64,000 nt of DNA from Octopus vulgaris. Taxonomy: Eukaryota. The notes beneath the pieces are model-generated. The model ran no database searches. It saw nothing but the letters and a program-made list of their open reading frames with translations, and was not told the DNA's origin. How positions within the stretch are numbered: the first letter of the stretch is position 1; each line of letters begins with the position of its first letter. The stretch spans positions 43,214,001 through 43,278,000 of the forward strand of contig OX597815.1 in the NCBI GenBank assembly GCA_951406725.2. The letters are read 5' to 3'. The position numbers were made by a program, and so were the translations under genes. This document shows, piece after piece, positions 12,703 to 26,002 of this stretch.

Positions 12703-14315
12703 ACACACACACACACACAGACACATACATATATATATATATATATACACATGAACACAACGGACGAAAACCCGCCCAGATATTCTGCAGGGTCAAATAA
12801 CACATACAATAAGCTAAATATTTTATCAAACGACTAATTAAACTAATGATGTAATACTTTTTTTGTTTTGAATTTGTAATTTGATAGATTGATATATGAA
12901 TAGCAAAGAATGAAAACAATAGACTTCAACAAGTTGCTATAATTCTTGTTTCAGAAGCACTTGTTTCCCCAACGTCAGTCTTATTGTTAGAAAAATAAGT
13001 ACTTGAAATTTATTAGGGGCGTTTGGTGGCATAATCGGTACAATATCGGATGAAATATTTTGTGGTATTCAGTTACATGTCTTATATTGTGAGTTAAAAT
13101 CTCGTTGGGTTTGACGTCGCCTTTCATAAGGTCGATTCACTCGATTACACCACACCCCTGAAGTTTGTGGCCTTGTGCCAGCGTTAAGAAAATCTTTATT
13201 CTGAAATTTAGCGCTTGTATGATCATGAGCTTTTGTTTCCCATTGTTCAGCTGTACCTAAACACTGTGTATCTCATAGTCATAACTTCACTTAACCAGAT
13301 AAAGTAGTCACCTTAACATTCCGCAAAAGAATAATGTGCAGATTTTGCACTGGCTGTAAACAAGTCAAGACACTCAGGTTAATCGGTACGTAATACGAAT
13401 TGAAAGTTTAGTCATACATATGTTTGATAATTGTATTATAATAATAAGAAAAAATACAAAAGGTATTGAGATCGACCTGAGCGAACGATGAAGAAACGAG
13501 TACGTTTATCCATAACAATATGTTTTAGATGCTCTGGCCTAAAGGACTTTTACAAAACTTGGTTAGCTATATCATGAACGTGTAGGGAGGACTAAGTGCA
13601 AATATAAAAATAGATCTACCAGTGACTATAAAGGAAATTATGTCATTATGATATGACAAACTTACACGCGCGCGAGCTTATATGCTCGAAAGCGCACTTA
13701 CATTCACATACACATGCGCGCCCGATGAATTACAGCGCTTATAATGTTCTGCTTGACTATAGGTATGTATGCATACACACACACACACACGTACACATAC
13801 ACATACACAAACCTATTTGGAAATGGATACGTCGCGTTCAATTAAATAATAATAATGAATAATATATATACACGCATATATAACAAATAAAAGACAGAAG
13901 ATGGAATATGCGAGAATATATTATTAATCACAACAATTGTTTCGACGCATCCAGCATCGACTCCTCTTGTTGGACACACAAAAACTGGTACAGGAGCATC
14001 CGGCGGTGCAGACGTATCTCGTCGAGTGATATATATATATATATATATGTGCATATATGGGTACAGGATATCACCAACGGTACAAACAACATGAATTACA
14101 TAAACAAACGAGTTAAATACGTAAACGAGAGAAAAAAAATGAAAAAATGACGACAGAGAGAAAGGACCCTTCATCAGTTGTCGGCCGTCTATCTACGCCT
14201 CATTTCGAGCATTCATACATTTACATATATAAATGCACATGTATATATACATGTGCATATATACATACATGCACACATAATACATACATATATATACATA
14301 CATACATGTATACAC

Positions 14316-14386
<71 letters not shown>

Positions 14387-14388
<2 letters not shown>

Positions 14389-14533
14389 GGAGTAAACACA
14401 TAAATGTGAAACAAGGTGGAAAAAAGAGTACTCAAATACCAGTGGTAGAGTAATATGCTTTAACTGTCTGATGATCGGCAACGAGAAACTCAGAGTAACA
14501 GATTTTGTTGAATTTTCTGCTGCTTTAAATAAA
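14387..14533. mobile_element. Short ribozyme-bearing non-autonomous element in (TA)n, internally inverted
   Basis: Flanked by TA runs; contains a hammerhead motif; its 3' part matches the reverse complement of 17484-17528. Confidence 0.7.
14464..14501 (+). ncRNA. Minimal type I hammerhead ribozyme
   Basis: ctgt-CTGATGA-tcg gcaa cga-GAA-Actc a gagT-A-acag: stem I ctgt/acag, stem II with GCAA tetraloop, palindromic stem III, GUA cleavage triplet. Confidence 0.85.
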
Positions 14534-14679
14534 GTATATATATATATACACGCACACACATATTAATACATACAAATATGATTACATATGTGTTGATATA
14601 TATCTGTGCGTACATGTGTGTATGCGTGCGTGTGTGTGTGTGTGTGTGAGTATGTGTATAAGCTTGTGTATTAGAATGG

Positions 14680-14860
14680 TTTTAATTTAGGCGCAAGGCC
14701 TGAGAATTGGGGGAAGGGTTAATCGATGATATCGACGTCGGTACCTAGAAGTTACTTTATTTTATCGATCCAGAGGGGCGAAAGGTAGGGTTGAATCGAC
14801 GTCATTTGAGTTCAGAACCTAATAATTCGTAACTAAATAACACATACATTTTGCCCGACA
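14680..14860 (-). mobile_element. SINE family B, degenerate
   Basis: caaggcc..gggttaatcgat..ttttatcgatcc..tttgagttcagaac. Confidence 0.65.
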
Positions 14861-15699
14861 CTTACCACAAATTAAATAAGGAGTTAATGCTTAATGCAGT
14901 GGCGTGTAAAATATTTTTTTATTAAGTATGCGACAAGTGTAAGAGTGGCTTTCATTATTGAATAGAACTTTTCAGTCGGCTGAAGAGAAAAGGAACGTGT
15001 ATATATGCGGGCATATATACATACATACATACATACATACATACATACATACATACATACATACATACATACATACAAACATACATACATGCATGTAATC
15101 ATAAATACACACACACGTGTGTGTGTGCGTGTGTGTGCGAGTGTGTATGTGTGTGTGTATGTGTTCATACATATATAGGGATATTATCAACTACTGTGGA
15201 GAAAGGTGAGTAGTTAGGATTAGAGAATGGGTAGAGTAAAATCAGGTTGGTGGAGTGAGTATTAGAGAAAGGCGGTTACATAACAATTTTGAATGAAGCG
15301 ACATGTAATAATAATTAGTATAGTACTGGATTGTAAAAGGAGATAACTTTTTGCATCTAAAATATGCAGCTTTTCACAAATAAACGATTGTGAAAATAGA
15401 AGGCTAATAAAGTTTATTTAGTTTATCTTTAAGAAAATAAATTGGTATAATAAGGACGCATTAGGATTAATTTAAAAGAAATATATTCCTAAGAGAAGAA
15501 ATTGGAATTAAAATAAGATATTAAAAGATACGAGGACGTTATATATATATATATATATGCACACACACACACACACATATATATATAAACACACACATAC
15601 TCTCACACACACATACATAAGCACACACACACACATATATGGTGGTTGTCTACTCCTAATGCAGAGCCTGACCACCTCTTGTACCTACACCTTAGATTC

Positions 15700-17330
15700 A
15701 TCATAGGGTCTGATGTGGATTTTTAAACCAGGCAATGTATTGAAAAGACACCCACATAGATTGCATATCTGATTTGGACCACCAAGGGCTGCAGTTAAGT
15801 TCTGATATTTGTGTATCATAAAATGTCTTTGAGGCCTCCGTTAGAATTGCAAACCTTATGGCATACACGTCATGGAAAGGTGTGCGCAGATATACAGGCA
15901 GAATAGTTGTTGGAGGTTCGTTTTCCATGGGTCCTCAAATGAGGTTTGAGCCCTGTAAAAGAAAGGCATGGGCTGTCACAAACTGTGCACACAAAAATGT
16001 CACTGAAATTCACCTTCTCGATCGCAACACTCTTCTTTAAATCTCTCTTGAATCTTGCATGAGTTATCCTGGCCTCCTCAAACGATTTCACTCGATTCCA
16101 CACTTTTATTTGCTATCCAGCTCGATCCGAAGCAAGGGTTTCTAGGGCCTTTGGATTCATTCCAAGTGACTCCATGGTAGTATTTATCCGGTCCTTAAAC
16201 CTCTTTTTAGATTTACACCAATTGCATTTCCCCTCTGCAAGTTCGCTATAAAACAGCAGTTTGGGTGTGCGTTCATCCGCCATTCGAACATATGGCCAGA
16301 CTATCTCATTTGATTTAATTGAATCATTGATTTAATTAAAGACGCAAAGACATCTGTGTCTGGAGTAAAAAAAAACATTTAATGTTTTAATTGCGGCAAA
16401 TACATTTTTGGTAGAATAATTTGAAATGTCTTTCATATCAATTCCATGTTTCAAAAGAATACAACAGGGATGGTAAGACAAATGATTTGCAAAGAGCCAA
16501 TTTTGTGTTTTATTATGCCAAACGCGTAACTCTAAATCAACAAATGCTCAGGGTGGCCTTTGAATTCGCAGGTGTATTTCTGTATCCAGATTTCCATCAT
16601 TTTGTACGGATCATCCAAGGCAAATGAAAGATTCGACAACCTCAAGTAACTTACCCTTAACGAAAATCTTAGGTGGGGTTGCAAACAGGACTACGTGCAG
16701 ATTGAAACATTACAACTGTTTTTTTTTTTTTCAACTTGATGGTCAAGACTCTAGCTGTGTGAAATGCAGATACATGAGATTGCAGGCCCGTTACAGAGTG
16801 AGTGACTAGATCGAAAATCTCATTGTAACTTAGACACTATATTCGGAACTATGAAGGAGGTTAAACGTTCTAACAGAATACGGGCAAGTAACTTTCGAAC
16901 TACAGAGAAAAGTGAAATCAGACGAAAATTACCGCACAGATCCTTTGGTCCCGATGTCATCATAATGAGACTTTATTGGTGCATAAATACTGCCAACGGT
17001 AAGAAACTTAGCTTTTGTCAGTTTTATACGGCATGGTTTGGTACGTTCAGATATATTACTTGAAAAATCTGCAATGGAGGATACTAATGAATTCTTGAGA
17101 GCAAACCCAACACCAGATTCTCTACACTGACCCTCAGGTAAGCCTCTCCAGAAGATAATATATCCATAAGTAGGGTAATTTATTTGACCCTCATCGGAGA
17201 GACGAGTTTCAGAGACCGCAACTATATCAAGGAAATATATTTTAAGCTCACATGCAATAAGTACAGTACGTCCTTCTGGCCTCTTGTTGAAATTATCCTC
17301 TAGAAGTGTACGCACTTTCAGAAGGTTTGG
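15700..17330 (-). mobile_element. RTE-clade LINE, degenerate; RT core apparently deleted
   Basis: 16929-17315 encodes an APE endonuclease N-terminus (RPEGRTVLIA.EL..DIVAVSETRL.DEGQ..GY.IFW.G..ESGVGFA); 15870-16300 encodes the C-terminus (LLYSELAEGK..KKRFKD..CTVCDSPCLSFTGLKPHLRTH). Confidence 0.85.
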
Positions 17331-17437
17331 ACCACTAAGAGCTGTAGTTAAATATTGATCTTTGAGGGTCTTAAAATATCTTTTGTGGCCTTACGGCTCA
17401 CCACAGGGCATTGACAAGTATGCGCATATAAGCAAAG

Positions 17438-17483
<46 letters not shown>

Positions 17484-17485
<2 letters not shown>

Positions 17486-17530
17486 TTTATTTAAAGCAGC
17501 AGAAAATTCTACAAAACCTGTTACTCTCAG
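17484..17530 (-). mobile_element. Fragment of the 14387-14533 ribozyme element family, next to (TA)n
   Basis: Reverse complement gagtaacaggttttgtagaattttctgctgctttaaataaagt matches 14493-14534. Confidence 0.75.
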
Positions 17531-18003
17531 TAGCTGTTTCAGGTTGGCATTTATTTTAGTTTTCCGAAATTGGATTTTTCATGAACTTTTCATTTTACAG
17601 TGTCGAACGAAAAAATACTGAAACATTGAAAGCTATTTCCACTAGTTTAACTCCTTTTTTGAAAGCGTTTATTTTTATTTTGTAAACATCTTTAGATTTT
17701 TTTCAATTTTTTTAATGCTATACATCCTACCTTTCACGCTGGTTGCAAAATAGCAGGAAATTTGGTGGATGTCAAAATGATTTTAAGAACGACGATGTTT
17801 TTTTTGTTTTTTATTTTGTTGAACATGTTAAATGTGCATGCTTGATAGTTAATATGAGTCATAAAAGCTGTGCAATTGAATATAAAGAAGATGTGATGAT
17901 TAACTTCAATTTTCCCCAGTAGCGTATACCGAAGATATTGTAACCAAGTCTGCCGATTTAATTTTCCATCCTCAGTTTCTTCGGTGTTTTGACTGTCTTA
18001 GTA

Positions 18004-18598
18004 TCATTATCCCCGCCTTTGCTAAGGCGGGAGTATTGTTTCAGTCGCGTTTATTTGTTTGCCTGTGGACAGGATATCTCAAGAACCGCTGAATGGATTT
18101 GGATGAAACTTTCAGGGATGTTTGGCCTCGTGACTGGCACGAACTGATTATATTTTAAAATCGATCCGGTACCGGACAAGGATTCTGGATTATTTGTTAT
18201 ATTTACTTTACGTGATTACGATCTCACGTTAACTTTCAAATCTTTCTCAATTATCTCCCTTTAGGTTGGAACTATTTTGAATGGCGAATTTGTTAACTTT
18301 GGCTTGTATTAGATAAGGATAAACTATTTATTACTGTTACTAAATTTTCTACAGCCACAGTTACATTCCATGACTACCATTGAGATCGATCCGGTACCGG
18401 ACAAGGATTCTGGATTATTTTTCTGGTTTTTGTAACTTAATTTTTGAAAGCGGTCGGGTTCATTTTTAGCATTCTCGTTTGTGGGAACAGTCGAGTTTAT
18501 TTCAGATGTTCTCATTTTAAAAATCACCTCTGGCTAATCGTCGGGAGGACGTTGGTGTTGCCTTGGCGGAGGTTTGCGCTTTCTGAGTGCTCTTGTTT
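18004..18598 (+). mobile_element. Non-autonomous Helentron-associated (HINE/DINE-like) element
   Basis: 5' ttatccccgcctttgctaaggcggg hairpin; ggatttggatgaaacttt core; internal direct repeat atcgatccggtaccggacaaggattctggattattt (about 18160 and 18385); 3' ccttggcggaggtttgcgctttctgagtgc..tgttt. Confidence 0.65.
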
Positions 18599-19284
18599 AC
18601 TATTTAGACCACTTGATTTTAGATATACATTTCCGATACTATTATCATCATTATTTATCATAATCAGACAAGTATACAATGTAATAATCGTAATATATTG
18701 AGATTTTTGTACTTTTCTACGGCTCTTTAGGTTTATTTTATCCGGTAGGATTAGTAATTTATTTATACTTCTTAATAGAAATTTAACTGTATCCATTGGT
18801 CAGAATGTAGCATCACGAGTGAAATAGTTGGTAATTCATGCGTGTAAGGCAGTATTTTCTCAATATGATATAAGTTTTTACCTGTTATTTCGAAATTATT
18901 TCATTGAGATGTATAAAGACATGTCAAAGGAATTTCTTGTGAATACAAAATATCATCGGATTTGAAAGAAAACAAGTAAAAATGATAGATCGAAGCATTT
19001 GTTGTAGGTAACTATTTTATCTTTGAAAAATAAGAACGTGGTGAAAGGAAATTCTTTTCTAACTATTCACGAAATTTGGTAACTCATACATTAGAAATAT
19101 TGAAAATGCTACAAGCTTTTAACATGGAAGCTTTATATTTAATTAGATATACCAATTTATGAGGCAATTTGTAAAGCAAGGCATTAAATAGACAGGAAAA
19201 CAAAAAGAGGAAATTGGGAAGAAATGGAAGTAGAGATAATCCAGAAAGTTTTCGAAGAAATATCAAAGAGTAAGTATGAAATTA

Positions 19285-19482
19285 ATCCTTTCTACTATAG
19301 GTACAAGTCCAAACATTTGTGAGAGGGGACTAGTCGATTACACCGACTCTAATGTTTCAATAGTGCTCAATATATCGACTCCGAAAGGCAAACTCGACCT
19401 GGTCGAGATTTGAACTTAATACGTTATGAAATAGAGTTAAGCATTTCGTCCGGCATGCTAACAATTCTGCCAGCTCACCGCT
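19285..19482 (-). mobile_element. SINE family B
   Basis: cctttctactatagg..tagtcgattacaccgac..tgccagctcaccgc. Confidence 0.8.
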
Positions 19483-20209
19483 TTCAGTAAGCATGAAAAT
19501 AATACAAACAAAATGTATTAGAGGAAAGTAATAGAAAAATAATGGGAAGCGAAAATTTGCAAAAATTAGAAATTAAAAATAAAGAAAAATCGTGAAAAAG
19601 AATATTGAAAATACAAAACTCGCGGAAATATGAATAAGAGAAAACATGAACATGTAAGAAAAACACTTAGATAAAAATAGGTTGTTGGGTGGGAAATGGG
19701 AGACTGGAAGGAAAACATGAGAATAGATTAAAGCAAAGTAGAAATGGAAACTTAGTGTTTAAATAAAAGCATCTTAAATAAACGTTTCCCTTACACTGAT
19801 TGTTTGGAAGTGAAACTTTCATAGCTAAATCTCGGTGGATTTCTTTAAATGATTTTAATATTACTTATAGGAACTAGATACACTTTTAATGTATGAAAGA
19901 TTTTAGGCATTAAAAGATAAGGAGCTTCAGTCTAATGGGTCTGAAAATTTTTACGGAAATTATGTTTCCTGGGTCTAATTTCTCGTTTTAAGTGCAAATG
20001 AAATATCAAATACAAATCAACTTCCGTGTAATACATTTGTTCACTTTATTTCTTTATTTGTTTTTTCTTTCTTTTCTTTATTTCTCTCTTTTTCTTTCTC
20101 CTATTTCTATGTTCAATCTCATTCTCTATTTCCCTCACTTTGGAACAGATTATATCAGTGTCTCTTCTTATACATATCTCTTACACATACATATATGCAT
20201 TCTCCTTCA

Positions 20210-20485
<276 letters not shown>

Positions 20486-20528
20486 TCGAAAAAATTTATA
20501 CTTTCATTTGTCACAGTCTTTTATTTCA

Positions 20529-20587
<59 letters not shown>

Positions 20588-20724
20588 ATATATATATATA
20601 TATATACCATATGTTATATAAATGTTTGTTTTTAGGTTATGTTATCATAAAACAATTTTACATTAAACAGAAGTATTACTCAATATATTTGTAGAGTACA
20701 AGTTTATTATTCATTGACAATAAT

Positions 20725-20813
20725 AATAGTATTGACAATGACTTCAAAGTTTCAGCGGCCTGTCCGATTTTGGTTTAGCTGGCCGAAACTTGGAAGACAC
20801 TGTCAATACTATT
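20725..20813. repeat. Imperfect inverted repeat (fold-back)
   Basis: aatagtattgacaatgacttcaaagtttc / gaaacttggaagacactgtcaatactatt. Confidence 0.75.
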
Positions 20814-20834
20814 CTTGTGAAAGAACAACAACAG

Positions 20835-20867
<33 letters not shown>

Positions 20868-20870
<3 letters not shown>

Positions 20871-21817
20871 GGGTTGGACAAAATAATGGAAACACCTAGC
20901 ATCATAGCATCGGGATTTTGAAACCGTCAAAAGCTTGTTTACTTTTATGTTTTTATCATTTATTATCTACGTTGCTTAATATGTTTTGCTAAAATTGCTG
21001 TTTCTTTTCAGATATCATCAGAAAAGGATAATTTAAATCCATTGAAATGATAGATCTATCGGACTTTCAAAGAGGTTAAATTGTTGGTGCTCGTATGGCA
21101 GGTGCTAGCATAACGAAAACAGCCGAAATGTTTGGTGTATTAAGAAGTATTGTCTCAAAAGTACTGACAGCCTTTGAGAAAGAGAGAAAAAACCTCCTCG
21201 TCAAAACAAAACACCGAAGGAATACCAAAAGTTTCAGATAGGGACCGTCGGACTCTTACGCGAATTGTTAGAAAGGATCCCAAAAGTACAGCTCCCAAAT
21301 TTACTGCAGAGCTTAATGACCATTTCGAGAACTCAGTTTCCTGAAAAACTATTCGCCGGAAGCAGCTCAAAGCCGGATTTCACGGGAGGGCTGCAATCAG
21401 AAAACTACTACTTTCAAAAACTAAGATTTACAAAGCGTTTAGAATGGAATAAAAACCTACAAAATTGGTCCCTAGAGCAGTGGAAGAATGTTATATTCTC
21501 GGGCGAGTCATTCTTTACGTTATTTCCAACCATCGGCCGAGTATAGGTGTGGAGACAGCCAAAAGAAGCATTTGACCTAGACTGCCTTCTTCTAACTGTT
21601 AAACATGGAGGAGAATCTGTAATGATCTTGGAAATCCGCCGGCCCAATTGTTTCACTTCATGGCGGAATTAATAGTCAAGACTATTTAAGCATTTTATGT
21701 AATCAAATTCATCCTATAGAGGGAAACGCAGTCTTTCAGGGTGATAATGCACCAATCCACACAGCTAAAGTTGTTAATGAATGGCACGAGGAAATTCTAG
21801 TGAAGTTGAACATCTTA
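20868..21817 (+). mobile_element. Tc1-family DNA transposon, degenerate, 3' end lost
   Basis: TA then TIR caggggttggacaaaataatggaaacacc; MIDLSDFQRG.IVGARMAGASITKTAEMFGV HTH; WKNVIFSGES; FQGDNAPIHTAKVV. Confidence 0.9.
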
Positions 21818-21863
21818 CATATATACATACATACATACATACATACATACATACATACATACA

Positions 21864-21899
<36 letters not shown>

Positions 21900-22330
21900 T
21901 ATTTAATGTAGGATAAAAAATTTTTCGAAAGAAAAAAATTTTATCAATGGCCAGCATATTAAAAAATACATTTAACGGTTAAAATTATAAACAACTTATA
22001 AATAAGGGCCAACGAAAAAATTTCTAGTGCCAAATATGCCGAAAAATTGGACATATTGTCCTTTACCATATAATTTTTCACAATACGCACGCTACTCGAA
22101 AAAAAAAAGCCGACAGAAATTTCTAAAAAATTCCATCATTACCATATCGGACCGATTTCAGGGTAAGTTCATAAGAACCCTCCCTTCGTCAGTGATACAT
22201 GTGGCAAAGAAATAAATGAAATACTTACTCATACCCATGGAAGAAGCAAAATACTAAGTCATGAGCACAATTAAGTACCCCAAACACATCCAAAATAGAA
22301 ATACTTTTCGTTTGCCCTTATTTATAAGTT
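21900..22330 (-). mobile_element. Hammerhead-bearing non-autonomous element (probable PLE pLTR) in (CATA)n/(TA)n
   Basis: Repeated at 22720-23100, inverted at 23095-23218 and 23295-23635; related to 28578-28780. Confidence 0.75.
22140..22197 (-). ncRNA. Type I hammerhead ribozyme
   Basis: Minus strand tatca-CTGACGA-aggg agg gttc ttat gaac tta ccct-GAA-Atcgg t ccgaT-A-tggta. Confidence 0.85.
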
Positions 22331-22334
22331 TTTT

Positions 22335-22686
22335 ATCGGCCGAGTATAGGTGTGGAGACAGCCAAAAGAAGCATTTGACCTAGACTGCCTTCTTCTAACT
22401 GTTAAACATGGAGGAGGATCTGTAATGATCTTGGAAATCCGCCGGCCCAATTGTTTCACTTCATGGCGGAATTAATAGTCAAGACTATTTAAGCATTTTA
22501 TGTAATCAAATTCATCCTATAGAGGGAAACGCAGTCTTTCAGGGTGATAATGCACCAATCCACACAGCTAAAGTTGTTAGTGAATGGCACGAGGAAATTC
22601 TAGTGAAGTTGAACATCTTACATACATACATACATACATACGTACGTACATACATACATACATACATACATACATACATACATACA

Positions 22687-22721
<35 letters not shown>

Positions 22722-23126
22722 TTAATGTAGGATAAAATGTTTTTCGAAAGAAAAAAAATTTTATCAATGGCCAGCATATTAAAAAATACCTTTAACGGTT
22801 AAAATTATAAACAACTTATAAATAAGGGCCAACGAAAATATTTCTAATGCCAAATATGCCGAAAAATTGGACATATTGTCCATTACCATATAATTTTTCA
22901 CAATACGCACGCTACTCGAAAAAAAAAAGCCGACAGAAATTTCTAAAAAATTCCATTATTACCATATCGGACCCTCCCTTCGTCAGTGATACATGTGGCA
23001 AAGAAATAAATGAAATACTTACTCATACCCATGGAAGAAGCAAAATACTAAGTCATGAGCACAATTAAGTACCCCAAATACATCCAAAATAGAAATACTT
23101 TTCGTTTGCCCTTATTTATAAGTTGT
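22335..23126 (+). repeat. Tandem duplication of 21532-22333 (Tc1 fragment, microsatellite and ribozyme element)
   Basis: Near-identical re-occurrence starting atcggccgagtataggtgtggag; the ribozyme is deleted in this copy (about 22970). Confidence 0.9.
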
Positions 23127-23294
23127 TTATAATTTTAACCGTTAAAGGTATTTTTTAATATGCTGGCCATTGCTAAAATTTTTTTCTTTCGAAAAAAATT
23201 TTTTCCTACATTAAATATAAATTTAAGTGCTCACTTCCGGACTCTCTCACTCTGTGAGAACCTCAGTTCAAATCGCACGTGTCTTGAATGGGCT

Positions 23295-23635
23295 GGAATA
23301 TTTCTATTTTGGATGTATTTGGGGTACTTAATTGTGCTCATGACTTAGTATTTTGCTTCTTCCATGGGTATGAGTAAGTATTTGATTTATTTCTTTGCCA
23401 CATGTATTTTGCTTCTTCCGTGGGTATGAGTAAGTATTTCATTTATTTTTATGCCACATGTATCACTGACGAAGGGAGGGTTCTTACGAACTAACCCTGA
23501 AATCGGTCCGATATGGTAATAATGGAACTTTTTAGAAATTTCTGTCGGCTTTTTTTTTTCGAGTAGCGTGCGTATTGTGAAAAATTATATGGTAAAGGAC
23601 AATATGTCCAATTTTTCGGCATATTTGGCATTAGA
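23295..23635 (+). mobile_element. Inverted copy of the hammerhead-bearing element
   Basis: Reverse complement of about 22020-22300; ends at (CATA)/(TA)n. Confidence 0.85.
23461..23518 (+). ncRNA. Type I hammerhead ribozyme
   Basis: tatca-CTGACGA-aggg agg gttc ttac gaac taa ccct-GAA-Atcgg t ccgaT-A-tggta; stem I tatca/tggta, palindromic stem III, AUA triplet ending at 23513. Confidence 0.88.
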
Positions 23636-23640
23636 AATAA

Positions 23641-23680
<40 letters not shown>

Positions 23681-23732
23681 TTACATATAAGAAACCAAAG
23701 TGTACGTACGCCGCTATATGTTTTTATATATA

Positions 23733-23891
23733 ATACAAAATGGGACAAGAACGCAAAACATCCAGGCAGTTAGGTGATACAAAAAAGGGACAACAAAACA
23801 TCCAGACAGACGATACAAAGAAAACAAGGACGGGTCATTCGGAGTTTTCTTCCGTCAGTCCAGTTCCAGATTATCTTTGCAATTGCGGCTG
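23733..23891 (-). mobile_element. Short TA-embedded element, same family as 3017-3160
   Basis: Direct similarity; TA flanks. Confidence 0.6.
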
Positions 23892-23949
<58 letters not shown>

Positions 23950-24140
23950 AGAGAGAGAGAGAGAGGTTGTGACGCACAACACGTAAACAAAGTTCTGGCT
24001 CAGTTGTAGGTCCTACATTCCACTCCTATATCCAGTGAAATATAACGCGGGACGTCAAACGAGGGGATAGGCTAGTGTGCAGGATACTAGCTACATAATA
24101 AGTATTAATAAAATACACTATTTTATGCTTATTAAAACAT

Positions 24141-24455
24141 ATACACGCTCGGCAAAATATTTGAAGGATTGCATGATTGCGTGATGTAACCTCATGTAAT
24201 CTTACCAAATTAACACTTTAGTGTTAAAAATACCATATTTGTTTTTGCATTCTCTTACTACTACTACTACTACTACTACTACTATACACACATATATACA
24301 CACACATACATACACACACACATACATACACACACACATACACACACACATACATATCACCACATATTTTGTCCATATTTGCGCCTTACCCTTCAGTCCA
24401 AATTATCCAAATTCAAAGTCTCTCTTTCTAGTTCTTTAATAACTATTGTTGATAT
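24141..24455 (+). repeat. Direct repeat copy 1 (about 315 bp)
   Basis: Near-identical to 26003-26320. Confidence 0.9.
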
Positions 24456-24559
24456 ATATTTTTAATATATTCTTTTATTACTCGCATCTTGGTCATTATT
24501 TCTAATTTTGCTTTTACTCGAACAAATTGACCCCAAGACTTATTCTTTGTAAGCACATT

Positions 24560-25800
24560 TAGCGATCCATCACGAATTGTTTCAACAGTGGAGGCATTGT
24601 ATGAAACATTTGGTTTAAAATCAGTATCATCATTACCGGGAAAAGCTAAACGTGAAAGTACCCGAATGGAAGACTTTGACGAAGCAGCTAAAAAACGACT
24701 AGTGAAACTAACCAGTACCATAATGAAAAAAGTATGCTCTATCATTAGTGCGTATGATGCCGAAGGCCTTATGAAAGAGGTTGTTATAAACGAACAAGGT
24801 GTCATCGATGAAGGCAAATTAGCGGAAAATATCATTAAAGTATGAGATGCATTGCCGAGAAATGTTGTATAAGCTGATGCTTTTACAGCTCCATTAGCGG
24901 TATCCTTAGTTCCAAGTGTTTCGAAAGATCGTTTTGGTATCGGTATGAAGAAAGTAGCTTCATTAAGACGAAAGTATAAGCATATGGCAAGTGGAAATCA
25001 GCTTACACCTTCAAATAGATTAATTATACGATATGATCGTGATCAAATGGAAGCTGCTGTGGAGTTTGTTTTGTCGGATGCTAATGTATGCCGAATCCCA
25101 TGGGGTACCTAAACAGTTACGATTAATGGCGACGAAATACATCTCCTTAAGCTGATTAGGAAAAAGAATACAACTATAATGCTACGTGATTACAAAGAAA
25201 CCATACCTAAAAATAGGAAATTAGGCTCTACATCATTCCGGAAGATAGTCAAAACGTTAACTACCAAGGATCAAACATTTAAACAAGCGGTCGATTATGT
25301 GTTGGGAGTATTAATGTATGATAATTTTGCACGATTGAAGACTGTTGTTGCTACCAGTGCCGAATCAGAATCTTTGAATTCTATTGTGAATGGTTTAGAA
25401 GCTTACATTAAGACAACCTATGAAGGGACACATTTCTACATGTAGTGTCACGAATAAAGAGGTTACTTTATCCATCTCTGGAGCGGAAATGAAATAATGT
25501 GGTGTTTGTTGCTTCTTCAACCATGTAATACAATACATTAAGCAGCATGTGAGCCCAGAACATGAAATTCTATTGAATGATGCTATGGAAAAATTATGTC
25601 TTTCATTTGGTCATCGTGTAAGAGTACTTAAGCAACGCAATAAGATTGATGAAATAATGTTCAATTTACGTTTAGAAGATGCTATGGTTGTTATGGATTT
25701 CAAAATGAAATTCGAAGCTATATACTATAGGGAAAAACTACAGATTTTACGGTAAGAAATTGTCATTGTGGCATGGAATCATGATGTATACAAGATACAC
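24560..25800 (+). pseudogene. Degenerate DNA transposase, Sola3-like
   Basis: Long reading across stops and frameshifts: PWGT.T..I..LIRK..SF.KI..VMDFKMKFEAIYYREK.TDFYGKK..WHG, resembling the recalled Sola3 motif D(W/F)aMK..RE...(w/f)fGK.G.SWH. Confidence 0.6.
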
Positions 25801-26002
25801 CGATGAAGAACGGCGTAATCTGAACGATCGAAGTACTGGGGAAATGAAAATGCGTTTACAAGAATAATCGTTTGAATTTAAAAGCCAACGAACAGTTGAA
25901 GTTGAAATTTAAGAACGAGTACCATTGCAAATAATGATCATTTAACAACAGCGATCATAAACATCAATCTGCAAGATATCGAGACAGTAGACAGTAGACA
26001 GT

